This document shows, one piece after another, positions 1-11,737 of a stretch of DNA of 64,000 nt (position 1 is the stretch's first letter; every line of letters starts with the position of its first letter). A program made the translations under genes and the position numbers. The notes beneath the pieces were generated by a model. That model was given only the letters and a program-made list of their open reading frames with translations. It was not told where the DNA came from and ran no database searches. The stretch comes from an uncultured delta proteobacterium (lineage in GTDB: Bacteria; Desulfobacterota; RBG-13-43-22): NCBI GenBank assembly GCA_963790475.1, contig CAWBOS010000010.1:1504001-1568000 (forward strand), in the 5' to 3' direction.

Positions 1-154
1 GGCCTTTTTCTCATCTTATACTTTTCAATAATAAGCAGTCTTTTTCAAGAAAAGTCAGTGCAACAACCGGGGATGCCCAACGAACAATAATAACAGTGCC
101 CAAAAACCGCCATATAATATAGGATATTCTTAACCCGCTTTTGGGGAGGTTGTC

Positions 155-633
<479 letters not shown>

Positions 634-637
<4 letters not shown>

Positions 638-2793
638 AAACCAAAAAGAATTCCCCGACGGTGGTCGACGATCAAGCACAGGGTTTTTCTCTTAACCGTC
701 GCGATTTTCTCAAGGTCGTGGGTGGCGGCATCCTCATCTTCTTCTCGGCAGGTGTGCTTCCGGCGCAGGAAGGTAGCCCACGTTTTCCCGGCATGCAGCC
801 CTTGCCCGCCGACTTTAACGCCTTTTTGAGAATCGGGGCCAACGGCCGCGTATCCTGTTTCACCGGTAAGATCGAAATGGGTCAGGGCATTGTGACCTCC
901 CTCGCCCAGATGCTGGCCGATGAGCTGGACGTGTCCGTAAAGCACATAGACATGGTTATGGGCGACACGGACCAATGCCCCTGGGATATGGGCACCTGGG
1001 GGTCACTCAGTACCCGCGTCTTCGGCCCACCTCTCCGTCAGGCCGGTGCCGAGGCGAGATCCGTGCTGCTGACCCTGGCCTCCGAGCACCTCAAGCTGCC
1101 GGTGGACCGGTTAATCGTAAAGGACGGTGTGGTCACCGCCCGGCAGGATAAGACAAAACAGGTTACCTATGCAAAACTCTGTGAGGGCAAGGTTATCCAG
1201 AGGCATCTTCGGACCAAGCCGCAGCCAAAGCAACCGACGGAATTCAGGCTCATGGGCACCTCCCTCACTCGCCAGGACGGCCTTAAGAAGGTAACCGGAG
1301 GGGCCCTATTCGCGGGGGACATCCGGCTGCCCGGTATGCTCTATGCCAAGATCCTCCGGCCGCCGGCACACGGCGCTACTTTGAAACAGGTCGATACTTC
1401 CGCCCTCAAGGGAGATAAGGAAATCCTCGTGGTTCAGGATAAGGACTTGGTGGCGGTCCTCCATCCCCTCCCGGATGTGGCTGAAAATGCCCTCTCTCTC
1501 ATCAAGGCCGAGTTCGAGGTGCCTCCTAACACGATAGACAACAGCACACTCTTCTCTCATCTCCTCCAAACGGCTCCCCGGGAAGGTCAGGTCTTCGGAC
1601 AGAAAGGCGATCTGGAGCAAGGCGAGTCCCTGGCCAGCCAAACTTTTGAACACACCTACTATGATCATTATGTGGCCCATTCGGCCATGGAAACCCATAC
1701 GGCCCTGGCGAAGATTGAAGGCGACCGGCTCACCCTGTGGGCCTCGACACAAAACCCCTTCGGGCTCAAGGAGGAGGCGGCGAGGACCCTCAACCTTCCT
1801 CCTCAAAAGGTACGCGTCATCACGCCCTTTGTCGGCGGTGGGTTCGGTGGTAAGACCTTCAATCAGCAGGCCGTCGAGGCCGGTCGTCTCGCCAAGCGGA
1901 CCGGAAAACCTGTCCAGGTCATGTGGAGCAGAAAGGAAGAGTTCTTTAATGATACCTTCCGTCCCGCAGCCGTCGTCAAGATAAGGTCAGGACTGACGGA
2001 TGCGGGACGGATCTCCTTCTGGAAATACGATACCTACTATGCTGGGCGGGGTGTGCAGCAATTTTACGCCGTGGCCCATTTTAGGGAAACAGCCTATGGC
2101 AGCTGGATGGCCCCTGATGCGGGAGGCCAGCTCTTCAGGACCGGCGCCTGGCGCGCCCCGGGGAACCCTACCAACACCTTTGCCAGAGAATCCCAGATCG
2201 ATATCATGGCCGCAAGAATCAGTGCGGACCCTCTCGAATTCCGCCTGAAAAACATCACGGACAAACGAGTGCTGGCCACGCTCCAGGCTGCGGCCGACCT
2301 TTTCGGCTGGAAGAAGGGCGTGAGCCCCAGCCGTCGGGGCCAGGGCCTGGCCTGTTCTACGGATGCCGGGGCCTGTGTGGCGACCATGGCCGAGGTCGAG
2401 GTTGATCGGACAAGCGGAAAGGTGCGGGTCAGGCGATTGATCTGCGCTCAAGACCTGGGGTTGGTGATCAATCCTGAAGGGGCACGCCTGCAGATGGAGG
2501 GTGCCCTTACCATGGGTTTGGGCTATGCCCTCTCCGAGCAGGTGGAATTCAAAGGCAAGCAGGTTCTCACGCAGAACTTTGATACTTATGAGATTCCCCG
2601 CTTTTCCACGCTGCCGAAGATCGAGACCGTGCTGGTGGAAAACCGTGATCTTCCGCCCCAGGGTGGAGGAGAGCCGGCCATCACCTGCGTGGGAGCGTCA
2701 ATTGCCAATGCCATTTTTGATGCTACCGACGCCCGTCTTTTTACGATGGCCATGACTCCCGAGCGTGTCCAAGGGGCCTTAAAGACAGTATAG
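634..2793 (+). CDS. Molybdopterin-binding large subunit, xanthine dehydrogenase family (IorB-like), with Tat signal
   Basis: NRRDFLK twin-arginine motif; EMGQG, GGGFGGK, AWRAPG, GGGEP motifs. Confidence 0.92.
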
Positions 2794-2803
2794 GTCAATC
2801 TTT

Positions 2804-2854
2804 GGACAAGGGGGCAAAAGACCTTCTTATCCCCTTGTCCTTCGAGCTTTTTTT
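2804..2854 (+). terminator. Possible intrinsic terminator
   Basis: GGACAAGGGG...CCCCTTGTCC stem followed by a T run just after the stop codon. Confidence 0.4.
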
Positions 2855-2858
2855 GATC

Positions 2859-2887
2859 TTGATCCTGTCTTTATCTCATTCTATACT
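2859..2887 (+). promoter_or_regulatory. Sigma70-type promoter, repeated module copy 1
   Basis: TTGATC-17 bp-TATACT; near-identical module at 6668, 10189, 14630. Confidence 0.7.
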
Positions 2888-3005
2888 CTCCCCATCAAAG
2901 GGGAATTTCTTGTCAAAAAAAAGAAATGCCCGGGGAGAAAGCTATTAAGAAATCCCAGGAAATTACCCGGGGGATGAACACCTAATTATTATAAGAGAAT
3001 GATCG

Positions 3006-3941
3006 ATGGGAATATTTCATTGTCCTTTTGGCTGCCCCTATTTCGAGGCTGAGGGGTGTATAGATTGCGGTCTGTGCGCGGCGAACACCAACGAAGAGAT
3101 GGTCGAAGCTTCAAAGAAGGTTCGGGCCTATCTAAAGGCCCATGCCCGGCAGGGAGGATCGGTAAAAAAAATCGCTGTTTGCGGTAAAGGGGGCGTTGGT
3201 AAAAGCACCATGGTGACTTTGATGGCCAAAGCCCTGGTCAGTCTGAATTACAGTGTGCTGGTACTGGATACCGATGAATCCAACCCGGGCCTATACCGGT
3301 CCCTGGGTTTTGATGAAATTCCCAAGCCTCTCAAGTCATTGATGAGCCGTTTTTCCTATACGGAGCAGCCGGAAGAAGATACCCACTGGATAATGCTGCC
3401 TGAAATAAAAGTCATGGATATCCCGCCGGCCTATATGCGTGCGCAAAACGGAATCAAGTTTTTAATGGTGGGAAAGATAGAGGACCCCTTTCAGGGATGT
3501 GCCTGTTCCCTGGCTGATGTCACCAGGGGGTTCGTTTCCAGGTTGTCATTAATGGAAAATGAAATCATCCTGATTGATATGGAAGCCGGGGTCGAGAGCT
3601 TCGGCCGGGGGGTGGAAAGAAGTGTCGATCTGGTATTATCCATCGTTGAGCCCTCTTTTGAATCCATGGCCCTGGCGGAAAGAATCGTCTATATGGCCGA
3701 GGGCATGGGCATAGACAGGGCGGGTGCCCTGCTGAACAAAGTTCCCTCTGAGGATATCAAAGAAAAAATGATCAGGGAACTTGAAAAAAGAAATGTTCAG
3801 ACCCTGGGAACCATTCATTTTGACCCAAAGGTGCAGGAGGCGGGATTTGAAGGGAGACCGCCGAATAATTCCAAAGCCGAAGAGGAGGTTGAAGAAATAA
3901 CGCAGTTATTAATCAACATCGTTCAGCAAACAACTAATTGA
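3006..3941 (+). CDS. CooC/AcsF-family (MinD/ParA-type) metal-insertion ATPase with Cys-rich N-terminal extension
   Basis: GKGGVGKST deviant Walker A, GCAC metal-binding motif, DMEAGVESFGRG signature. Confidence 0.88.
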   Translation: MGIFHCPFGCPYFEAEGCIDCGLCAANTNEEMVEASKKVRAYLKAHARQGGSVKKIAVCGKGGVGKSTMVTLMAKALVSLNYSVLVLDTDESNPGLYRSLGFDEIPKPLKSLMSRFSYTEQPEEDTHWIMLPEIKVMDIPPAYMRAQNGIKFLMVGKIEDPFQGCACSLADVTRGFVSRLSLMENEIILIDMEAGVESFGRGVERSVDLVLSIVEPSFESMALAERIVYMAEGMGIDRAGALLNKVPSEDIKEKMIRELEKRNVQTLGTIHFDPKVQEAGFEGRPPNNSKAEEEVEEITQLLINIVQQTTN

Positions 3942-4011
3942 CAGGCTTGAGCAACCTGTAAAAAAAATTTTCTAAATCCTTTTTAACCTTATTTAAAGGA
4001 GGGACTAAAAC

Positions 4012-5094
4012 ATGATGGCTGAAGATTCCTATCAAACTTTAATGAATAATTTAAAGTATCCTAATTCCCACCGCCTGCGGGCCCTATTGGAATATTTATT
4101 GACCCCCGAACAGGCCCAAATTACGGCGGCCCTTCCCGGGACAGCTGATGAAGTGGCTCAGAAAACAGACTTTGATCTGGAAAAGGTCGAGAAAGAACTG
4201 GATGCCCTTTTCTATGCCGGTGTCATTTTTCCCAAAGGTGACTATAATGACCGTCAGTATTATCGCTTTGCCCGCTCCGTCGGGCAATTTCATGATGCCA
4301 GCCAGGCGCCTAAAGGAATAGATGTGGTCAAGGACCGTGAATATTACCGTTTATGGCATGATTTTGTCATGAATGACTGGTATCCTGACCGGGGAAAGAT
4401 CTTTGCTGAGTCCCCGCAGCCCTTTGCCAGAATCATCCCGGCTTATCGGGCAATTAAAGATCTGCCGGACATTCTGCCCACTGAAGATATTCGTGAAATC
4501 TTTAAAGCTCAGAGACGCATTGCGGTCGTCCCCTGCTCCTGTAGGTATCGCACCACCGCTGTTGGCGAACACTGTGCCCATACAGCCGAAGAAGAACAAT
4601 GGCACTGTCTCCAATTCAATCGCGGAGCCGACTATGCCATGGCCAGAGAAGCCGGAAAAGAATTGACTCTGGATGAAGCCTTGGCGCTTCTGGATAAGGT
4701 GGAAGAAGACGGCCTCCTTCATACCTGGCAGAACAATTCCGAGCTGGTCGGCATGACTGTCAGTTGTCAGTGCTGCCGGGATTGCTGCATGAACACGGTT
4801 CCCATGGATATCATCAAAGAACCCCTGAACAAATTATGGGCAAAAAGCCGCTTTATAGCGGTCGTGGACGAAAAGGCCTGTATCGGCTGCCAGACCTGCG
4901 TGGATCGATGCCAGTTCGATGCCATTGAAATGGTCAAGTCCGAAGGTGCAACAAAATCAAAAAAACTAAAAGCTAAAGTTGATCCTGATGCCTGTTTTGG
5001 GTGTGGTGTTTGTGTCGTGGGATGCGATAAGGCCCAGGCCTTATCCATGAAACTGGTTCGGCCACCGGACCATATACCGGCCAGGGCAGCCTAG
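4012..5094 (+). CDS. 4Fe-4S dicluster domain protein
   Basis: CSCR, CQCCRDCC and two C-terminal CxxCxxCxxxC ferredoxin motifs. Confidence 0.85.
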   Translation: MMAEDSYQTLMNNLKYPNSHRLRALLEYLLTPEQAQITAALPGTADEVAQKTDFDLEKVEKELDALFYAGVIFPKGDYNDRQYYRFARSVGQFHDASQAPKGIDVVKDREYYRLWHDFVMNDWYPDRGKIFAESPQPFARIIPAYRAIKDLPDILPTEDIREIFKAQRRIAVVPCSCRYRTTAVGEHCAHTAEEEQWHCLQFNRGADYAMAREAGKELTLDEALALLDKVEEDGLLHTWQNNSELVGMTVSCQCCRDCCMNTVPMDIIKEPLNKLWAKSRFIAVVDEKACIGCQTCVDRCQFDAIEMVKSEGATKSKKLKAKVDPDACFGCGVCVVGCDKAQALSMKLVRPPDHIPARAA

Positions 5095-5327
5095 AAGGCT
5101 TGGAGACCTCGAATCGAAAGTCAGCGCCCAGAGATCCTTTATTCGGTACCGTTTGCTGTGGGGGAAAATTAAAAAAGCAAAATTAAAGAGATCCCGATTT
5201 CACACCATGGACGGTCTAAGGATAGGCCGGGTAAAGGATCCCTGTCCGGCGTGGTTCTCGGCAATAGAAGTGAGTTCCGAGTTTTATTCAAAAATTAAAT
5301 TTTAGTTTTAGGGAATTAGGGAAAAAC

Positions 5328-5552
5328 ATGACCAGATTTAATATTGATTTAGCTAAAGAAGTTTTAAGGGAAATGGAGGCTGAAGCGGAAAAAGGCGAAC
5401 TTGGCAATGTGTCCAAGGAATACCTTAAAGGCCTGAAATTCGTTGTTGAAGAAATGAGTAATGAGGAAAATGATTTTATTAAGGGCGTAATCGACTTCAT
5501 CAGAGAGTACGATGAGAAAAGGCGCCTTCTCTTAAAGCCCAAGATTGCCTAA
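5328..5552 (+). CDS. Small hypothetical protein
   Basis: 74-aa ORF with purine-rich upstream region; no recognised motif. Confidence 0.5.
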   Translation: MTRFNIDLAKEVLREMEAEAEKGELGNVSKEYLKGLKFVVEEMSNEENDFIKGVIDFIREYDEKRRLLLKPKIA

Positions 5553-5735
5553 TTTGAACCAGCTTTTTTAACTCCAGCCGGCTGGCCTTCTTAGCCTATT
5601 TCCTTCTTTGATCGAATGACCGATGTCTTTCCAACCCTGCTTTTCGGCAAATTCTCTCAGGGCTTCGATCCGACCGGGAGGCAAAGGGCTTTTTGGGCTT
5701 ATGGGTCCGTCAAACAGGGGCAGAAAGAAGGATGT

Positions 5736-6510
5736 TCATAAAGAATAAACCGAAGCAGGAGTATCTCCCGCATCTCCTGTAACAGTGCCTTCGCTTGAGG
5801 CTCTTTTCAGCCTCCCTTGGCCGAGCAACTTCTCCAGTTGTTGCAGGTTCACCGTGTTGGGATAGAATTCTCCCCACCAACGAGCGCAACGATTGGCGTC
5901 CAGTGGAATCCCAACCACGGGTACTTCGGCACGAGCGCACAGTCGCATGCCTGAAACCAGTTCCGGAATACAGGCGATCCCCAATACTCCCAGATGCCTT
6001 CCTTCCTTCTTCAATTTCCTGAAAAGTGATTGGAGATTTGCGGTCATCCAGATATAGGGCTGTACCCCATGCCGACGCAATATTTTCGACACCGCATTGA
6101 TGTCGCAGACTCCAGAGCACCCCTGCAAACATAATCCTCCCCATGTTTTGCCGATTGGCATTCGCCTTTAAGATCACGCAAACAGTGCGGAAGAAATGCC
6201 AACTTCGTATCACAATTCCGGAACGACTTAGCCTTCAGACGATTCTGCAACTCGATCTCCAGCATGTACAGATGATACTGTTGCTCGGAGGTTGCAGTAT
6301 TCGATCCCAGCGCTTCTTCAACGGTAGTTCTCGCAGATGCTCCGCTGCAGATTTGGTGAACGGGGAGAATTCCTTTAGCAACTCTTCGATACAATCGGTT
6401 TTTGTCAAGCAATGATCGGCCACAAGGCCTAGTCGTTCATAGTAGTCATCACTGTTGCTGCCAATACCGTAGAGGGAATAAGTTTTGCCGACAAAGGGCT
6501 TTTCCATCAT
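5736..6510 (-). pseudogene. DUF116-family protein split over three frames
   Basis: Frames join into ...FLPHCLR...DYVCRGCSGVCDI...GVLGIACIPEL...; shifts near 6295 and 6120. Confidence 0.75.
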
Positions 6511-6667
6511 GGGGTTATGCTACTCAACGGGAGCTTGAAAGTCAACGCCGTTACAACAGTTACCATGATTCCCTCATTTTCATAGGCCTTTAAGGCGGCC
6601 CTTAGAAATTGGACCATGGAATAGGCTTCGAGTTAACCCAAAGAAAGCGGCTCCACTATTTTTCTTC

Positions 6668-6696
6668 TTGATCCTGTCTTTACCTTACCCTATACT
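6668..6696 (+). promoter_or_regulatory. Sigma70-type promoter, repeated module copy 2
   Basis: TTGATC-17 bp-TATACT upstream of the AOR gene. Confidence 0.7.
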
Positions 6697-6782
6697 CTTT
6701 TCATCAAAAAGGAAGTTCTCAAATTCCTAAAATTGATCTTTTTGACCGTCACTTTTAAGAAATATTAGGGAGACATGAAAAG

Positions 6783-8705
6783 ATGCCTGGTTGGTGTGGA
6801 AAGATCCTTCGGATCGATTTGAGTGATAACCGCATCACTACTGAAGAAACGGAAAGGCTGTCCCAGTTGTTTTTGGGAGGCCGGGGCATGGCCACCAAGA
6901 TATACTGGGACGAAGTACCTCCGGAGGTAGGTGCCTTTGATGCCGCCAACAAGATCATCATCATGGCCGGTCCTCTGGTAGCCACAGGCGTTCAAGGGGC
7001 AACTCGATGTACGGTGATGGGCAAGTCGCCAATGTTGAACCCTGAGGGGTTTTCCTACGGGAGCCTGGGCGGATTTTTTCCCTCCGAACTGAAAAAAGCC
7101 GGGTTTGATGGGATCGTCATTTCGGGAAAAGCCTCCAAACCGAGCCTGATCGTTATCAGGGGTGAAACCGTGGAGATCTGCGATGCTGCAGACTTATGGG
7201 GCAAGGGAACCTATGAGGTCAGTACGATCCTCCGAGGCCGGTACGGGGAAGACATCAGATATATTTCAACCGGTCTGGCCGGAGAAAATCTGTGCCGAAG
7301 CGCCACCGTCATTAGCGATAATGAGGGCAGCGTCACTTCAGGCTTCGGAGCCGTTTTCGGATCGAAAAAGCTAAAGGCTATTGCCGTAAGAGGTCCCGGA
7401 AGTCCATCGGTGGCCAGGAAGGAGGAGCTCCAAGCCCTCAACCGCAGAACCGTCCTCTTGAGCAAACGGCTGCCCATTAAACTCCCTTTGCCCAAGCAAC
7501 AAATCACCTATCTAAAGAAATCCCCCTGCGCCGCCTGCGGCCTGGACTGCCAGAGAGGCCTGTTCCGAACCAATTCGGGCCGGGAAGCCGTTAGAAAATG
7601 CCATTCCATGACCTTTTATATGCCTTGGGTTTACCGCCGTAAAGACGAACCCATCGATACGAGCTTTTCAGCCACGGCCTTGTGTAATGATTATGCCCTC
7701 TGCACTATGGAAATCCAAAACGTCGTCGAGTGGTTGCAGGCCTGTGAAAAAAAGGGCCTGCTTACGGAAAAGGAAACTGGAATCAATCTGTCAGATTTAG
7801 GATCACTGTCCTTCATTACTCAATTGACCTCGATGATCGCCAAAAGGGAAGGCTTCGGAAACATCCTGGCCGAAGGGGTGATGAGGGCCTCGGCACAAAT
7901 GGGGGACAAAGCTTCAGACCAATTGACCATCAACATGAGCGGCGGCGGTATCGGTCTGGCGGGGGGTTATGCGCCGCGGGAATATCCCATTACCGCATTA
8001 TTGTATGCTTTCGAACCCAGACAGCCGATTGCCATGTTACACGAGGTGGTCTTTCATCTCATACGCTGGCTGGCCAACCGAACCCGTCCCGACTTATCCC
8101 CGACTACGACCGAGGTATTTCGCAAGGCCGCCGGGCGGTTCTGGGGGAGTGAAGAAGCGGGAAATTTTGCCACTTACGATGGAAAGGCCCTGGGGGCTGT
8201 CAAAATTCAGGATCGTACCTATGTCAAAGATAGTCTGGGATTGTGCGACTTTGCCTGGCCAATAATGGACTCGTTCAACACACCCGATCACGTGGGCGAT
8301 CCGGAACTTCCGGCGCAGATTTTTTCAGCCGTAACCGGTATGGAGGTCAAGGAAGATGATCTGCATCTCTTTGGCGAGCGAATTTTTAATCTTCAGAGAA
8401 GCATCCTTTTGCGTGAGGGCCGTAAGCCGAAGGAATCGGACCTGCCGCCGAACTTTAATTTTACCAAACCAGTGACCCGTGTGGCCACCAATCCTCAGAT
8501 GATTGTTCCCGGATCGGACGAAAACCCGGTATCCATACAGGGCAACACCCTCGATCGGAACCGATACGAGTCCCTGCGGCGTGAATATTACCAGATAAGA
8601 AAATGGGACCCCGATTCGGGACGCCAAAAGAAAAGCACCCTGGACGCACTCGGTTTATCGGATGCTGCCTCGGAAATGAATAAGTTGGGGTTCCTGCAAT
8701 TGTAA
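6783..8705 (+). CDS. Aldehyde:ferredoxin oxidoreductase family protein (tungsten/molybdopterin)
   Basis: GKILRIDLS start, FLGGRG, GAVFGSKKLKAIAV, CAACGLDC, DSLGLCDF motifs. Confidence 0.92.
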   Translation: MPGWCGKILRIDLSDNRITTEETERLSQLFLGGRGMATKIYWDEVPPEVGAFDAANKIIIMAGPLVATGVQGATRCTVMGKSPMLNPEGFSYGSLGGFFPSELKKAGFDGIVISGKASKPSLIVIRGETVEICDAADLWGKGTYEVSTILRGRYGEDIRYISTGLAGENLCRSATVISDNEGSVTSGFGAVFGSKKLKAIAVRGPGSPSVARKEELQALNRRTVLLSKRLPIKLPLPKQQITYLKKSPCAACGLDCQRGLFRTNSGREAVRKCHSMTFYMPWVYRRKDEPIDTSFSATALCNDYALCTMEIQNVVEWLQACEKKGLLTEKETGINLSDLGSLSFITQLTSMIAKREGFGNILAEGVMRASAQMGDKASDQLTINMSGGGIGLAGGYAPREYPITALLYAFEPRQPIAMLHEVVFHLIRWLANRTRPDLSPTTTEVFRKAAGRFWGSEEAGNFATYDGKALGAVKIQDRTYVKDSLGLCDFAWPIMDSFNTPDHVGDPELPAQIFSAVTGMEVKEDDLHLFGERIFNLQRSILLREGRKPKESDLPPNFNFTKPVTRVATNPQMIVPGSDENPVSIQGNTLDRNRYESLRREYYQIRKWDPDSGRQKKSTLDALGLSDAASEMNKLGFLQL

Positions 8706-9023
8706 AGGGCCATTCTCCGGTAAACACCTTCAAAAACGAAAACCCAAGGGACCCTCATCCTATCCCGGACCGCCTGGCTAATCGGCTCTAAGAATCACAC
8801 CCCAAGGCGTTCACCCTTGACTACAAACCCATAGTGTCCAAGCGCCTAATATTCCGAAACCGTAAATAAACCATGATTAGTGCAAAAATACTTCCTTTTT
8901 TTCTTAAAGATACCCACTCCATATTATTTATTTTGGAGAGTGTTTAAATTAAAATTGGATAAACGAAGAATTTCAAACTCCTGGGAATTCTGAGTTGAAA
9001 ACCACGAAACAAGGGAGTTTCCA

Positions 9024-9816
9024 ATGGATAGACCCTTTCAATCGATGCCTGATATCGAGGTCCTTCCTGCGCATTTTCCGATCCCCGGTATGGGTTTCCT
9101 TCCGGTCAATGCCTTCGTCATCAAGGATAAAGAGCCGATCCTCATTGACACGGGAATGGGAATTGAGAGTCAAGAGTTTATGAAGGCTTTAGAGTCGATT
9201 ATTGATCCTCAGGACTTGAGGGGGGTGTGGCTTACCCACGACGATGCCGATCATACCGGCAGTATTCAGAAGGTTCTGGAAGCAGCACCTAGTGCGCGGC
9301 TCGCGGCAAACTCCTTGGCAGTATTGAGGATGAGCTCGGCTTGGCCGGTATCCATGCATCGGATTTACTGGCTAAATTTGGGAGACAGCATTAGGGTAGG
9401 TAACCGTAAGCTGACCGCTGTTAGGCCTCCCCTGTTCGATAACCTGACGACAATCGGTATCTACGATAACAAATCGGAAGCCTTTTTCTCTGCCGATTGC
9501 TTTGGTGCGATTATCCCCTCGCCGGCGCAGAATGCCGATGATATCGGAGAGAAGGATCTGGCTCAAGGCATGATCAGCTGGGCCAGCGCGGACAGCCCCT
9601 GGGTCCATATGGTTGAGCCGGGCGGATTCGGCCAAGTGATGGATAGAATTCGCCAAATTGCCCAAAATGATTTTCTCAGGACACTTGCCGCCGATGCGAG
9701 GAAAGACCGAACAGTTCCTGGAGCTACTTGCGAAAGTCCCAACTTCGTCCCCTTTTATTCCTCCCGATCAGACGGTATTGGAACAAATATTGGCTCAGCC
9801 CAAGGACAGAAGCTAA
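9024..9816 (+). CDS. Metallo-beta-lactamase fold protein (FprA-like N-terminal domain), frameshifted near 9660
   Basis: LIDTG, THDDADHTG, FSADCFG motifs; alternative frame continues KMIFSGHLPP...PPDQTVLEQIL to TAA at 9816. Confidence 0.8.
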
Positions 9817-9949
9817 CCGGATGAGGACCCAGCAGAATTATAGAAATATAGTCTGGAGCAAAGCCGAATAAGTATATTTATTGGAAGTTAAAGAATAGGT
9901 TAAATTATTCTTATTACCATTTAAACAGTTGAAGGGAAGGCAGGGTGTT

Positions 9950-10147
9950 ATGCTCGGTATTAATCAGGATTTATTAGTTATTCTGGTAATAGCCGCTTTT
10001 ATCTTTGGGAGCAAAAAATTACCGGAAATCGGAAAAGGTTTGGGGAAAGGAATCCAAGAATTTAAAAGCGGCCTTTACGATCACGATGAAGAGCCACCAT
10101 CCAAACCCAAGGAAATTGAAAAAGACACGACTGAAAAAAAAGAATAG
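9950..10147 (+). CDS. tatA: Twin-arginine translocase TatA/TatE subunit
   Basis: N-terminal TM helix then [21 protein letters not shown] amphipathic helix and charged tail. Confidence 0.93.
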   Translation: MLGINQDLLVILVIAAFIFGSKKLPEIGKGLGKGIQEFKSGLYDHDEEPPSKPKEIEKDTTEKKE

Positions 10148-10188
10148 GACCAGCTTTTATCCTGGTTCTCTAACTCTATTTTTCTTCC

Positions 10189-10217
10189 TTGATCCTGTCT
10201 TTCTCTTTCCCTATACT
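10189..10217 (+). promoter_or_regulatory. Sigma70-type promoter, repeated module copy 3
   Basis: TTGATC-17 bp-TATACT upstream of the aspartyl protease gene. Confidence 0.7.
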
Positions 10218-10276
10218 CTTATCAGGAGCAGATACTTATCAAATAGAGCATCCTGATAGGTCGGAAGGGTTCAAAA

Positions 10277-10870
10277 ATGCGCCGCTGGATGATAACGGTA
10301 TTCCTGATCTGCCTTTTTTTCCCTGAAGCTGCCTTGTCGGATATGTATTACTGGGTCGATGACCAGGGGATTCAGAACTACACCGCGAGACTTGAGAGCG
10401 TTCCCGAGGAATACCGTTCCCAGGCTCAACAGCTTTCTCTTCCACCGACTCCTCCTGCTCCCCCTGAACTGAATCCGAGTCCGCCCGCCAACGGCCTGAC
10501 GCGAATTTCCTTCACGCCAGGCTCTCTCGTTTTGGTGGATGCCAAGATGAACGGCCTCGGACCCATCAGGCTCGTCCTTGATACCGGTGCCGAGCGCACC
10601 ATAATTTTACCTTCGGTTCAGTCAAGGTTAGGCCTTTCCACGGAAAATGGGCCTTCCGTTACCCTGAAAAGCGTGACGGGAACGGGTTATGCAAAGGGAG
10701 TGTGGGTTGATTCCATTCAAGTCGGTGAAACCAGAGTGGGTCCACTTCTTATTGTCGTTTATGCCGCTGACCTTAAAGGAGCCGATGGTCTGCTGGGCCG
10801 GGATTTTTTATCACACCTTACCATGACAATTGACTCAAAAGAAAGACTAGTCACGCTCACACCTAACTAA
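10277..10870 (+). CDS. Secreted DUF4124-domain retropepsin-like aspartyl protease
   Basis: Signal peptide, YYWVDDQG (DUF4124-like), LVLDTGA catalytic motif, GLLGRDFL. Confidence 0.85.
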   Translation: MRRWMITVFLICLFFPEAALSDMYYWVDDQGIQNYTARLESVPEEYRSQAQQLSLPPTPPAPPELNPSPPANGLTRISFTPGSLVLVDAKMNGLGPIRLVLDTGAERTIILPSVQSRLGLSTENGPSVTLKSVTGTGYAKGVWVDSIQVGETRVGPLLIVVYAADLKGADGLLGRDFLSHLTMTIDSKERLVTLTPN

Positions 10871-11077
10871 AGTAAAAGGGCAACGTACCGGGAACTTTTC
10901 TTTCGATAGCCGGAACTTCGGCGTGCCCTTTTGGGGAGGGCGGCCAACATTACAACTACTGTATTTTTTTCCTCAAAATACTCTTCTGCCTATATTTCCT
11001 TATTAACTTACTTAGGGGATATTTAATATGAATCAATTTTCTTTTGCATTTCTAATGGCCTAAAGAAAGGGTCAATA

Positions 11078-11737
11078 ATGAATACCCCCATTAAAATCCT
11101 GCACATCGATTCTGATTTTAAAATAACTTATTTCATTAAAAATCCGGGAAGTATGATCCGTTCCCTGGTTCCCCTCAAACAAGCCATTAAACTGCTGAAA
11201 ACCCAAAAATTTAATTTGATTCTCTCAGAGCCACACGGTAAAGCAATTCGTTGGTATCGCTCGCATTTTTATAACGGGGCCTGGTTTTATTATGACGATG
11301 TTCCAACTTTTTATTTTGATATAGACCCAGGTTGGAGAGGATACTACAGAGACCATGATTGGTACTGCCACCGGTGGAACTATGTGCGGATTCCTTACCA
11401 GCAACTTCAACAAAACTGGAAGAGCTGGCATAATAATCGACATTGGGAAAGGCAAGGAACTTGGGGCGTCCAGAGCTATCAACCTCGACCACAACAACAG
11501 ATACAAGAACTAAGACAACAAAGGCAACAGCAATATCAACAGAGACCTGAGATCCAAAAACATCAAATTCAGCAACCACCGAGACAATTTCAGGAAAGAG
11601 TTCAACAGCCAAGAGAAAGACTTGAGGAGAGGATTCAGCAACCACAAAGGCAAGAGCATAGACCTCAGGTTCAGCAGCCGCAACACCCTCAACTTCAGAG
11701 AAGACCTGAAGGAAGAGAGGAAGAACATAAAAGGTAA
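11078..11737 (+). CDS. Hypothetical, probably chimeric protein with W/Y-rich middle and Q/R-rich tail
   Basis: Abrupt composition change near residue 57; the 5' part has a decayed paralog at 30681-30752. Confidence 0.5.
   Translation: MNTPIKILHIDSDFKITYFIKNPGSMIRSLVPLKQAIKLLKTQKFNLILSEPHGKAIRWYRSHFYNGAWFYYDDVPTFYFDIDPGWRGYYRDHDWYCHRWNYVRIPYQQLQQNWKSWHNNRHWERQGTWGVQSYQPRPQQQIQELRQQRQQQYQQRPEIQKHQIQQPPRQFQERVQQPRERLEERIQQPQRQEHRPQVQQPQHPQLQRRPEGREEEHKR

Noticed and set aside
11480-11737. Tandem DNA repeat
   Set aside because: Low-complexity Gln/Arg/Pro codons without a fixed period.
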